A stretch of 64,000 nt of DNA from an uncultured Verrucomicrobiae bacterium (GTDB lineage Bacteria; Verrucomicrobiota; Verrucomicrobiia; Chthoniobacterales; UBA10450), in assembly GCA_963756875.1 (NCBI GenBank), contig CAVWPA010000003.1, forward strand, positions 1,024,001-1,088,000, given 5' to 3'. A program made the translations under genes and the position numbers. The notes under the pieces are model-generated. The model had not been told where the DNA came from. It made no database searches and saw only the letters and a list, made by a program, of their open reading frames with translations. Shown here one piece after another: positions 1 through 9,326 of the stretch; the first letter of the stretch is position 1; each line of letters starts with the position of its first letter.

Positions 1-1623
1 CCGTGTTATGCCTTCGGGCAGGGTGAACGCCCATTTGCTGGCGGCCTGGGGATCGTTACCCGCCCACTGCCAGGTGACGGCGTTTACTGCCATTTGCTGC
101 GCCGCCGTGGACAAGCGGGTGAGCATCTGTGCAGCTTGCGACGGATCCGTTTCCGCAACGGCCGCAAGAATGTTCGGCAAAGCGGCGTCACGGGACGCGC
201 TGTCGGGCAAGTTACTTGCCCAGGCAAGTGCTGCCTGAGGATCGGCGCGCGCCCAATGTGCGGCAACATTCTGAAGTAAATTTTTGCGCCCGTCGTTGTC
301 CGCCGTGTGCAGAGCGAAATCGGCAGCCGCCCGGGGATCGGTATCGCTCCATTGCGAAATAATGGTGTTGGTGGCGGCTTGTTCCGCAGCGCTTTGCGGA
401 AGTTTTTGAACCCAGGCGAGGGCTGTCTGGAGATCACTGTTAGCCAGTTGCCAGGCAACCGAGTTTATCGCCGTCTCCCGCGATTTGCCCGGCGCCAACG
501 AAAGCACGTAATCGGCGGCGGCCGAAGGGTCCGATCGCGCCCAGGTTTGCAACACATTACTGATTGCGCGCGTTTGCCCATCGCTTTTCGGCAATTCCTG
601 AACCCAATCCATGGCCGCGCGTGCGTCTGTTTGCGCCCACTGACGAGCGACGTCGCCAATTGATTGTTCGCGAGCCGAACCAAACGGAAGCGACAGGGCT
701 ATTGCCGCAGCTCTCTCCGGATCGCGATTGGCCCAACTGGAGATAACGCTTTGCAGGGCGCGATTGCGTTCCTTGCCGGCCGTAAGCGAGCTTGCCCACG
801 TGAAGGCTGCTTCCGGGTCCTGCGCCGTCCAAGTTGCCGCAACAGCTTGCAGGGCGCTGTCGCGTCCGGCCCCCGGTGAAAGCCGGCTCGCCTGTTCGCC
901 AGCAGCAAGAGGATCGCTCGCAGCCCAGCTGTTGAAGATCGACGAGTAAAGACTTTGCCGACTCCGAATTGGAATGTTCTGCAGGAGATTCAGCGCCGTT
1001 TGGGGATCTTTTTGCGCGATCGCGCCAATGACCGTCTGCATGGCCTGATCGTGCATCGGGCTCGGTGGCAGTTGTTTGACCCAGGCTAACGCGGCATTAG
1101 CATCGTTTTCGGCCCAGCCGCTCATTGCGCTGCTTACCGCGCGATTGCGCTCCGGTCCGGCCGGCATTTTTTGTGCGAAATTTACGGCATCGGTGGGATT
1201 AAATTCCGCCCACCGCGTCATCACGAGCGCGAGCAGAAGACCTTTGTCCTGCTGCTTGGGCACGCTCTGCGCAAGGTTCAAAACTTCCGCCAGGTTGCTC
1301 GCATCGACGGAGTCCACCAGTTTTGACAGCGTCGCGTAGATGTGACGGCTGAACGGATGAGCGAGCGCGGCCTGGATTGCCGAAACAATGTTTTCACTGG
1401 AAGCATCGCCCGGTTCTTTCGCTCGATTAGTTGAGTCGACCGCGCTGGTTGAAAGGCGCTTTTTGTGCTGCCCGGCTACCGCCTCAAATGAACCCTGAGA
1501 TTCTGTGTCAGAATTGACCGACGATTTGGAAGCGCGGGCGACCTTCAAGACAGGAAACGCGTAATGCCCGATCGCGATCCCAGTGAGAAAAGCGGCCGCT
1601 ACCGCAAGGACCGGCAATCGCAT
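1..1623 (-). CDS. Exported or membrane-anchored alpha-helical tandem-repeat protein (W-x-x-x-D-P-x-A-A-x-x-W repeats of ~35 aa); 3' end runs off the window
   Basis: Not in the ORF track because there is no stop in the window. Manual translation from ATG 1623: MRLPVLAVAAAFLTGIAIGHYAF..., then about a dozen repeats such as WAENDANAALAWVKQLP, WTAQDPEAAFTWASSL, WARADPQAALAWASNLP, WAGNDPQAASKWAFTLP. Frame open to position 1. Confidence 0.85.
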   Translation of the reverse strand, partial: MRLPVLAVAAAFLTGIAIGHYAFPVLKVARASKSSVNSDTESQGSFEAVAGQHKKRLSTSAVDSTNRAKEPGDASSENIVSAIQAALAHPFSRHIYATLSKLVDSVDASNLAEVLNLAQSVPKQQDKGLLLALVMTRWAEFNPTDAVNFAQKMPAGPERNRAVSSAMSGWAENDANAALAWVKQLPPSPMHDQAMQTVIGAIAQKDPQTALNLLQNIPIRSRQSLYSSIFNSWAASDPLAAGEQASRLSPGAGRDSALQAVAATWTAQDPEAAFTWASSLTAGKERNRALQSVISSWANRDPERAAAIALSLPFGSAREQSIGDVARQWAQTDARAAMDWVQELPKSDGQTRAISNVLQTWARSDPSAAADYVLSLAPGKSRETAINSVAWQLANSDLQTALAWVQKLPQSAAEQAATNTIISQWSDTDPRAAADFALHTADNDGRKNLLQNVAAHWARADPQAALAWASNLPDSASRDAALPNILAAVAETDPSQAAQMLTRLSTAAQQMAVNAVTWQWAGNDPQAASKWAFTLPEGITR

Positions 1624-1633
1624 TCCCTTCACG

Positions 1634-3617
1634 TTAGATAACTTCGACAGGACAGCCAGGTAGCGCGCTCAAAAATGCGCGGCCGTACGGCTTGGTCACG
1701 ATCCGGTTGTCGAGAATGACGATGATTCCACGGTCGGTTTTGGTGCGGATCAATCGGCCGACTCCCTGCCGAAGTTTCAGGACCGCTTCCGGCAGCGAAT
1801 ACTCGGTGAACGGATCGCCGCCGCGTTCCTGGATGAGCTCCAGTTTCGCCTCGATCAGCGGATGATCGGGCACGGCAAATGGAAGCCGCGTGATGATGAC
1901 ATTTGAGAGCGCCTCGCCGGGAACATCCACGCCCATCCAAAAACTGTCCGTGCCGAAAAGAACGCTTCGCGGCGTGGTTTTAAATTTTTCCAACAACTGC
2001 CCGCGCGGCATGCCGCCGCCCTGCACAAGAAGATTCATTTCCTTGCTCGCGAAAAAATTCTGCATTTGACCGGCCACCTGATGCATGTCGCGATAGCTTG
2101 TAAAAAGAACGAAAGCGCGACCGCCGGTCTCTTCGACAAAACGCGCGATCCAATGTTCCAATTCTTTTTGGTAATGACCGTCGCGCGGGTCGGGCATTTT
2201 TCGCACGACAAAAAGCTTCATCTGCTTTTGGAAATTGAAGGGACTGCCAAGCTGCAGCGGCTCGGCCTCGGTTGCGCCGACGCGCTCACGGAAATAGACG
2301 AGGTCGGCGCGCCCCACTGCCAGCGTTGCACTCGTCATGATGCAGCAGCAGTTCTCCCGGAAAAGCATCCGCCGCAGGACCGGAGCGAGATCGACCGGGA
2401 GCTGCGTTAAGAGAAAGGAATTGCGCCATCTTCCCCGTGCGTTCGACCCAATAGACGTTCTCGGGCTCGCTTTGCTCGAGAAAAATGGCGATCCCATTGC
2501 GTGCATCGCGAATTCGCCGGCCAAGGTCCTGTAGTTCGGCCTTCAGAAATTCGTCATTGGCAAGCTTCGCCACATCGGCCACGCGCATCTGCAGCGCCGC
2601 GAGGTCGCTGGTAATCGTGTCCGGAACGAAATCAACGTCGCGCACCCGGAACTCGCGCCCCTTTCGAAAGTCCGATCTCGAATCGATTGCTGCGAAGAAT
2701 TTATCGGCTTTATCGACCAGGTCCGCGGCCAGTCTCACGCCATTGGCGTCGCGCATGACCGTAAAGAGCCCTTTGCGGGTGCGCGCGTTGTAGAGACGCT
2801 GGATTGTCGATCGTAGACCGTATTGCGAAATGCCGATACCGATCTGGCGCGAGGCGACCTGCTCCACGGTGTGCGCTTCGTCGAAAATGATGAAGTCGTC
2901 CGGGAAAAGAAATCCACTTTCGCGCCCTTCCTGTTCGTCCGGACTGCCGAGCAGCATAAAAAGGAGCGTGTGATTCATCACAATTACGTCCGCTGCAAGA
3001 AGGCGTTTTCGCGCCTGCTGGTAGAAGCACCTCGGATTTTGCCCGCAGGTTTTTTGAGTGCAGATGTGGGCCTCGCTGCAAACTTGCGTCCACACTTTAG
3101 GGTCGGGCTCAATCGAAAGGTCGCTGAGGGAGCCGTCGCGAGTCGTGCCGGCCCATTCGGCGAGCCGATTCAGTTCGTTCTGCTCGGGGCCTGTGAAGAG
3201 TTCGTTCGATTGTTGCAGAGCACGCTCCAGCCGCCGGGGGCAAAGATAGTTCTGCCGGCCTTTCATCAGCGCCGCCTCGAACTCGTCCGGCAACGTCTTC
3301 TTCAAAATCGGGATGTCTTTATATAGAAGCTGCTCCTGGAGATTGATCGTGTGCGTCGAAACGATCGCTTTTTTGTGCTGGTCGATCGCGAACAGGATCG
3401 CCGGAACCAGGTAGGCAAGCGACTTGCCGACGCCGGTGCCTGCTTCGACGACCAGGTGCCGCCCTTCTTCCAGCGCGCGCGCCACCGCGACCGCCATTTC
3501 TTGTTGTTGGGGGCGGAACTCGAAGTTTTTCGCTTTCGAGAGCAACCCGTCGGCGGCGAAGATTGCGCGAACACGCTCCACAAAGTCGGTACCGAGATTA
3601 TTTTTGAGAGCGATCAT
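1634..3617 (-). CDS. dinG: DinG/YoaA-family ATP-dependent helicase, split by one +1 frameshift near 2397-2399
   Basis: Walker A EAGTGVGKS, Q-motif FRPQQ, Fe-S cysteines (YLC..., C-x4-C-x4-C, RCFY) and DEAH lie in ORF 2286..3641. TSATL, LFTSY, FWMGVDVPG and QGVGRLIR lie in ORF 1634..2524. Removing one C from gctcccggtc joins NAAP to VDLAPVL. Confidence 0.9.
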
Positions 3618-3623
3618 CGTCGC

Positions 3624-3769
3624 CGAAGCACCAAGCACCAATCTCCAAACCCCAGGGAAACTTCAATCACCAAAATCCAAACAAACTTGAAAAGTTGAAC
3701 CCACGCAGATTTCTGGAATTTGGAATTTGGAGTTTCCCTGGAGCTTGGTGCTTGGAGTTTGGTGCTTCG
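3624..3769. repeat. Long imperfect palindrome built from 7-mer units (AAGCACC/AAATCCA ... TTGGAGT/TTGGTGC)
   Basis: Termini cgaagcacca...tggtgcttcg; related copy at 41318-41458. Confidence 0.8.
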
Positions 3770-3813
3770 CATCGGTGGTTGCGTTAATTTAAGCTGAATT
3801 GCAGGTTGTGCCG

Positions 3814-4953
3814 ATGCGCCTTCTTGATCGCTACGTTCTTCGGAATTTTTTGCAGGCCTATCTTTACTGCATAGTGGGCTTTATCTCCATCTGGTTCATT
3901 TTCGATCTTAGCGACAACATTTCGACGTTCATCGATCAACACATCGGGTTTCTCACGGTTCTTCGATATTACGGGACACAGGTTCCGCAGATTCTGATTA
4001 TTCTTTTGCCGGTGTCGCTTTTGCTCGCGCTTCTTTTTTCTTTGGGACGGATGTCCCGCTCGAATGAAATTGTTTCGATGCTGACCGCGGGCGTAAGCAT
4101 CCCGCGTGTTCTTCTGCCTCTGATCGGCATCGGCCTGCTTACGGTGGCCGCCAGTATGGCGTTAAACTATTCGCTCGCGCCACACGCCGAGCTGGCGCGC
4201 AAAACATTTCTTACCACCGCGCACTCGCGCCGCGGTTCAATGATCGAGGGACAAATTTTTCGCAATCGAAAAGACGCGCGAACCTGGTTTATCCAGAGTT
4301 TCCGGCCGGGTCACGACCAGTTCAACACCGTACAGGTGCTGCAACAGGATGCGCACGACAGCATCATCGTTAATTACCTGGCCAAACGCGCCGTTTATCA
4401 TCCCGAAAACAAAACCTGGGAACTGCAGGAAGCGAAGGTGGTGCGTTACGATGCAGCCGGCAATATTCTCGACGAACAATTTTATCCGTCCCTCAAAATC
4501 AACAAATGGGACGAAACGCCGTTTCGTCTCGGCAGCGCCAACGTGCACGCGGAATTTCTGAGTCTGCCCGAATTGCGGGAATATCTTCGTTTCAATTCCG
4601 ATTTTCCCTCGACCCTGCTGGCCCCGTTCCGCACGCATTTGCAATACCGGCTGGCGCTTCCATGGACCTGTCTCGTTGTTGTCTGCATCGCGGCGCCGCT
4701 CGGTATCGGCTACTCGCGGCGCGGCGTGCTGGCGAGCGTGGCCAGCGCCGTCATTCTGATCTTCTCCATGAATTTTCTTACTCACCTTTTTCTCGCACTG
4801 GGTGAAGGCGCACGTATTTCACCGCTGGTGGCCGGTTGGACGCCCAATCTCCTCTTCGGCGCAATCGGACTCTACCTGCTTTACTTGAGGGCGACGAACC
4901 GCGAAGGCCTGAGCTTTCGTCTCTTCCGCCCGCGGCGTATCGTTGCCCGATGA
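3814..4953 (+). CDS. LptF/LptG-family LPS export permease
   Basis: MRLLDRYVLR start, SNEIVSMLTAGVS motif, 3+3 TM helices around a periplasmic beta-jellyroll-like region, AGWTPNLLFG near the C-terminus. Confidence 0.9.
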   Translation: MRLLDRYVLRNFLQAYLYCIVGFISIWFIFDLSDNISTFIDQHIGFLTVLRYYGTQVPQILIILLPVSLLLALLFSLGRMSRSNEIVSMLTAGVSIPRVLLPLIGIGLLTVAASMALNYSLAPHAELARKTFLTTAHSRRGSMIEGQIFRNRKDARTWFIQSFRPGHDQFNTVQVLQQDAHDSIIVNYLAKRAVYHPENKTWELQEAKVVRYDAAGNILDEQFYPSLKINKWDETPFRLGSANVHAEFLSLPELREYLRFNSDFPSTLLAPFRTHLQYRLALPWTCLVVVCIAAPLGIGYSRRGVLASVASAVILIFSMNFLTHLFLALGEGARISPLVAGWTPNLLFGAIGLYLLYLRATNREGLSFRLFRPRRIVAR

Positions 4954-5453
4954 ATCCGCTGCCGAACGAGTGGGCGATCAAGCATCGCGGCGATGTCTGC
5001 GCGGCTACGCAACGGCCGTTCGAGCCGGGCGAATATTTTTACACACTGCTCTTCCACGACGCCGATGGTTACCGTCGCGAAGACCTGAGCGAAGAGGCAT
5101 GGGCGAAACGGAACGAAAATATTCAGCCGTTTTCATTTTGGAAAACCCGCTACGAACCGTTGCCGCCGCCTTCGCCGGAGCCTTTGGCAAAAGAAAACGC
5201 CGAGCAACTTTTCCGGCGCCTCATGGCATCGGAGAACCCGCCGGCAAACGCCTGCTACGTGCTGGCCGCGATGCTCGAACGCAAACGCGTTTTGAAACAG
5301 ATCCGGAGCGAACATGCTGCAAACGGAAGGGTGTTAATCTATGAACACGGAGCGACCGGCGACGCCTTCATCGTGCCCGATCCGCAATTGCGACTCGATG
5401 AGCTCGAAAATGTGCAGAATGAAGTCGCACAGCTGCTCAGGAGCGCAGGGTAG
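4950..5453 (+). CDS. Conserved hypothetical protein of PVC type
   Basis: ATGA overlap with the lptF/G stop; MNPLPNEWAIKHRGDVC...FSFWKTRY...LAAMLERKRVLK; globular composition. Confidence 0.75.
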   Translation: MNPLPNEWAIKHRGDVCAATQRPFEPGEYFYTLLFHDADGYRREDLSEEAWAKRNENIQPFSFWKTRYEPLPPPSPEPLAKENAEQLFRRLMASENPPANACYVLAAMLERKRVLKQIRSEHAANGRVLIYEHGATGDAFIVPDPQLRLDELENVQNEVAQLLRSAG

Positions 5454-5463
5454 GTGACTCTGT

Positions 5464-5583
5464 TCCGGGGAGCGCACGCGCCCCCGCGTGCCCGTTGCGG
5501 CGCCTCGCCGCAATGTTCGCCGGGAAAAGTTCGCGATGGAGGGGGCGCCATCGCCGGCACGCGAGGCGCGTGCGCTCCCCGGA
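5464..5583. repeat. REP/MITE-like palindrome with a perfect 19-bp terminal inverted repeat
   Basis: tccggggagcgcacgcgcc (5464-5482) is the exact reverse complement of ggcgcgtgcgctccccgga (5565-5583). Confidence 0.85.
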
Positions 5584-5659
5584 GTAGACGCGATCCTCAC
5601 TGGAGGGCTTCATGTGCATTCCGATGCGGAGGCAGCCATTTTGTGACAGAATAGGCTTC

Positions 5660-6718
5660 ATGCATTCCGCCTTGCCCTGGTTCTCCGAAGGTTTTCCGCT
5701 TTTTCTCGCGCCCATGGCCGGGGTGTCGGACAAAATCTTCCGCCAACTTTGCAAGGAACATGGCGCGGATGTTCTCACCACGGAATTCGTATCTGCCGAA
5801 GGGATTTTCCGGCGCAACGAACGCACGCAGAGGTATCTCGATTTCGATGAAGTGGAGCGGCCAATCGGCGTTCAACTTTTCGGCGCGAATGCCGGGCACA
5901 TGGCGGAAGCGGCGCGACAGGTAGCGGAGTGGGTGCGGCCCGATTTTATCGACCTCAATTTTGGTTGCCCGGTCAACAAGGTCGTTTGCAAAAACGGCGG
6001 CTCGGCATTGTTGAGAGACTGTTCAACTTTGGAAAGCGTGGCGAAATCGGTCGTTCACGCCGTCGATCCAACGCCGGTTACAGCAAAGATCCGGATTGGA
6101 TGGGACGCGGGATCGATCAACGCCGTGCGCGTCGCGCGCATTCTGGAAGACGCCGGCATCGCTGCAATCGCTGTGCATGGGCGCACCCGCGCGCAAGGCT
6201 ATTCGGGCGCCGCCGATTGGAGCACGATCAGCGAGGTGGCCGCCGCGGTCCACATTCCCGTTATTGGCAATGGCGATCTTTCCGGTCCCACCGATGTGGC
6301 GAGACGACGTCGCGAAACCGGAATTGCAGGGGTAATGATCGGCCGCGCGGCGATGAGCGCGCCGTGGATCTTCCGTCAGACGAAACAATATCTCGCTACC
6401 GGTGAGATTACCGATTCGCCGGGACTGCCGGAGCGCTGGAGCCAGATCCTCAGGCATTGCCAGCTCGCCGTGCGCGCCTGGGGCGTGGAGGAACCGGCCA
6501 TCCGTTCCATGCGCGCGAGGCTGATGGCTTATTCGCGGTCCATGCCCGAGGCAAAACGATTGCGCGAGAAATTCTCGCACGTTTCCACGCTTGCCGAAAT
6601 TGAAACCATCGCTCAGGAGAATATCTTTCGGGAATCTGTTGCGGAACCTGTAGGGGAAGCTGCCTCGCTCGCGAAGCCTTTCGGAGTCAGCCTCCCTCCC
6701 GCTCCGACAGCTTGCTAG
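5660..6718 (+). CDS. dusB: tRNA-dihydrouridine synthase, DusB-like
   Basis: LAPMAGVSD, QLFG, DLNFGCPV, GGSALL, VHGRTRAQGY, GNGD, MIGRAAMSAPWIF. Confidence 0.92.
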   Translation: MHSALPWFSEGFPLFLAPMAGVSDKIFRQLCKEHGADVLTTEFVSAEGIFRRNERTQRYLDFDEVERPIGVQLFGANAGHMAEAARQVAEWVRPDFIDLNFGCPVNKVVCKNGGSALLRDCSTLESVAKSVVHAVDPTPVTAKIRIGWDAGSINAVRVARILEDAGIAAIAVHGRTRAQGYSGAADWSTISEVAAAVHIPVIGNGDLSGPTDVARRRRETGIAGVMIGRAAMSAPWIFRQTKQYLATGEITDSPGLPERWSQILRHCQLAVRAWGVEEPAIRSMRARLMAYSRSMPEAKRLREKFSHVSTLAEIETIAQENIFRESVAEPVGEAASLAKPFGVSLPPAPTAC

Positions 6719-6719
6719 G

Positions 6720-7088
6720 ATGACTGAATCACCACCAATCAATTACAAGATCGGCAACGAACGCCTGATCAAGGTGACAGAAAGGGCGTCGCGTAAATTG
6801 ACTTCGCTGTTGGAAGCGCAAAATCGCTCGAACGGCGCGCTGCGGCTGGCTGTGATCGGTGGCGGCTGTTCCGGTCTGCAATACAAGATGGACCTGGTGA
6901 ACGGTCCGGCCGAGCGCGATATTCTCGTCGAGAGCTCAAACGTTCGAGTCGTGGTCGATCCAAAAAGCGCGCTCTTTGTCAGCGGCTCGGTGCTGGATTA
7001 CAGCGACGATTTGCAAAAGGGCGGGTTCCAGGTCACCAATCCAAATGCCGTCTCGCATTGCTCCTGCGGGCAAAGCTTTTCGGCCTAG
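6720..7088 (+). CDS. A-type Fe-S cluster carrier (HesB/IscA/ErpA family)
   Basis: GGGCSGLQY and C-terminal NPNAVSHCSCGQSF. Confidence 0.93.
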   Translation: MTESPPINYKIGNERLIKVTERASRKLTSLLEAQNRSNGALRLAVIGGGCSGLQYKMDLVNGPAERDILVESSNVRVVVDPKSALFVSGSVLDYSDDLQKGGFQVTNPNAVSHCSCGQSFSA

Positions 7089-7091
7089 GCT

Positions 7092-7144
7092 GGTAGGGAC
7101 ATCGCGCTGCGCCGACCGGGACGCCGCAGCGCGACGTCCCTACC
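7092..7144. repeat. GTAG-type REP doublet (GGTAGGGAC...GTCCCTACC family)
   Basis: Inverted termini; sister copies at 58172-58224, 60968-61021 and a GGAG variant at 12436-12505. Confidence 0.85.
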
Positions 7145-7196
7145 TGAGCATCCTGTTGGCTTGCCTGTACGGGCAAAGAGGTCTAAAGCATTGGCC

Positions 7197-7889
7197 GTGA
7201 TCGACTACATCCAAAAGGGGGGGCTTCTCATGTGGCCCATTCTCGTTTGCAGCGTTATCGCCATCGCGGTTTTTGCCGAGCGTTTCTTTTATCTGCATCG
7301 GGCCACGATCCATGTGGGCGAGTTTTTAAAGGGCCTTTCCAACCTGGTTCAGCGCCGCAATTTTGCGGAGGCATTGCACGAATCGGCCGGGACGCCGGGG
7401 CCGGTCGCTCGCGTGATTCACGCGGCCATTCTCCGGCACGATGCGCCGCGCTCGGAGCTGCGCGAGATTGTGCAGGAAGCGGGACAGCTCGAGGTACCGA
7501 AGCTGGAACGTTTTCTCGGTGTGCTCGCAACCATTGCTTTCCTGACGCCATTGCTTGGTTTGCTCGGGACGGTCGCGGGAATGATCGAGGCCTTCGGGAT
7601 GATCACTTCGCATGGCGGTTACGCGACGGTGACAGAGCTTTCCGGCGGCGTTTACAAAAGTTTGTTGACGACTGCCGCCGGGCTGGTCGTGGCCACGCCC
7701 ACCTTTGTCGCCTACAGTTATCTCTCGTCGCGGGTGAACACCATGTTGCACGAAATGGAGCGGGCGGGAATCGAGATTGTGCACATGTTGAAGGACAGTG
7801 AGGCTCTCAGCAGCATCATCAGTTTTCAGGCGCCATCTGAGAAAGCCGGGTCTCAGCGGGAAGTATCGTCGCGACCGTCGGATCGATAA
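7197..7889 (+). CDS. exbB: MotA/TolQ/ExbB proton-channel family protein
   Basis: GGLLMWPILVCS, PLLGLLGTVAGMIEAF, LLTTAAGLVVA; GTG start at 7197 preferred. Confidence 0.88.
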   Translation: MIDYIQKGGLLMWPILVCSVIAIAVFAERFFYLHRATIHVGEFLKGLSNLVQRRNFAEALHESAGTPGPVARVIHAAILRHDAPRSELREIVQEAGQLEVPKLERFLGVLATIAFLTPLLGLLGTVAGMIEAFGMITSHGGYATVTELSGGVYKSLLTTAAGLVVATPTFVAYSYLSSRVNTMLHEMERAGIEIVHMLKDSEALSSIISFQAPSEKAGSQREVSSRPSDR

Positions 7890-7906
7890 CTGTCCAGCGC
7901 GTTGGC

Positions 7907-8311
7907 ATGAAGCTTAGCCGCACGAAAGATTTTAATTTCGGCTGGCTCATGGTGGTTCCCGCCATCGACGTGGTGTTCCTGTTCATTTTCTTTCTCCTGC
8001 TCAGCTCGAATTTTATTTTGCAGCCGGGAATCGCCGTTTCATTGCCTTTCTCACGCTTCACGCTCGGTCCGCAGCAGAACCAACAGATTATCAGCATCAC
8101 CGGCGGCGCAGTTCCGGCCATTTACTTTCGAGACCAGAAAATCACGCTCGCACAACTCGGACCGCTGCTTGACGCGGCCAGGCGCGAAAACCGGTCGGTG
8201 ATCATCAAGGCAGATCGCCTCACGCCGTACGAGTTGGTTGTAGCCGTGACCAACGCCGCGCTCGAACACGGGATCCCTTCCGTTGCCCTGGCCACTGCCC
8301 CGCCAAAATGA
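7907..8311 (+). CDS. exbD: ExbD/TolR family protein
   Basis: PAIDVVFLFIFFLLL TM helix with conserved Asp, VSLP, VIIKADRLTPY. Confidence 0.88.
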   Translation: MKLSRTKDFNFGWLMVVPAIDVVFLFIFFLLLSSNFILQPGIAVSLPFSRFTLGPQQNQQIISITGGAVPAIYFRDQKITLAQLGPLLDAARRENRSVIIKADRLTPYELVVAVTNAALEHGIPSVALATAPPK

Positions 8312-9087
8312 CTGGGTCGATGTTGGCGCCGGCAGAGCAATCGCTTGTTTTCAACTGGGACTCGCCGGGGGGTCGTAACCTGGCTGTTGCCGGATTTCTG
8401 GCCGTCTCGCTGGTGGCACACGCCGCCTGCTTTTACATTTTTCAGGTTGTGTATCCGCCGACTGCCGCGCTTTTGCCGCCGCCTGCACGGGTCAGCTTGA
8501 TTACGGCCGATTCCGAAGAAGGCCGGACGCTGTTGCGTTGGATTGACGCGGAAGATCCGGCGCTGGCATTTACGACGAGACGCCCTCCGGACGCCAGGGG
8601 TTACGTTTTGCCGAGGCTGGAGCACGTTCCTTCTTATTTCGCAACGCAACCCGCGTTAAAGAGGGTTCCGCCGCTGCCTGTCGATCTGAGCATGCCCGAT
8701 TCGCAACCGCCTGGCGCGGTGCCGGTGTATCGACGGCCGCCTCCGCCGTCCGTTCGCGCAATCCCGACCAGCGTTGTGTTCTCGAAAGAAGTCGCAGAAC
8801 TCGGCGCACCAGTGTTGCCGCCGGGAAAATTTAGCGCGTCCACTGGTGAAGCTCCGCAAAACCTGCAGTTTCGCGTGGGGATAAGCAGCCGGGGCGAAGT
8901 CCGATATTGTTTTCCAATGAATTCTTCTGGTGACTCGGCGCTGGACGAACAGGCCAGGCGCTATCTCGCGCTTTGCCGTTTCCCGGCGAGAGCGGCGACA
9001 GAATCTCTTATCTGGGGAATCGCGAGCGTGGAGTGGGGGAACGACGTCGCCCGCCCGGAGCCAACATCCAGCCCGTCCGCGCCGTGA
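8308..9087 (+). CDS. TonB-like energy transducer (N-terminal TM, Pro-rich linker, TonB_C-like domain)
   Basis: SLVAH (S-x3-H TonB TM motif), Pro-rich middle, RVGISSRGEV...SSGDSALDEQA...RFPA; follows exbBD. Confidence 0.65.
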   Translation: MTGSMLAPAEQSLVFNWDSPGGRNLAVAGFLAVSLVAHAACFYIFQVVYPPTAALLPPPARVSLITADSEEGRTLLRWIDAEDPALAFTTRRPPDARGYVLPRLEHVPSYFATQPALKRVPPLPVDLSMPDSQPPGAVPVYRRPPPPSVRAIPTSVVFSKEVAELGAPVLPPGKFSASTGEAPQNLQFRVGISSRGEVRYCFPMNSSGDSALDEQARRYLALCRFPARAATESLIWGIASVEWGNDVARPEPTSSPSAP

Positions 9088-9323
9088 TCCGCGTTACACT
9101 GGCCGCGCTGGTCACAATTTATCTGCTCCTTTTTCTTGCCACGATTTTCCTTCTTTGGATAGTGGGTGAGTGGAACCGTCGCCGGCGTGAGCGGCGTGCT
9201 TTGCGTTATCGGCTGCGGTGCGTGATTTGCGCGTTTGAATTTGAAGATCGAACAGCGACGTTGCTTCCACGTTGTCCGCGTTGCGGCAGCTTGAACGAAC
9301 GATTTAGATTGGAGCAAATTTAA
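9084..9323 (+). CDS. Small membrane-anchored zinc-ribbon protein
   Basis: GTGA overlap with the upstream stop; hydrophobic helix, Arg run, then CVIC-x14-CPRCG. Confidence 0.75.
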   Translation: MIRVTLAALVTIYLLLFLATIFLLWIVGEWNRRRRERRALRYRLRCVICAFEFEDRTATLLPRCPRCGSLNERFRLEQI

Positions 9324-9326
9324 GAC

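Noticed and set aside
2390..2405. Programmed ribosomal frameshifting in dinG and the other split genes
   Set aside because: No shared slippery heptamer or stimulatory signal; these families are not known for recoding; error is the simpler explanation.
1634..3617. DinG as part of a type IV CRISPR or defence system
   Set aside because: Context is housekeeping (lptF/G, dusB); no csf/cas or nuclease partners.
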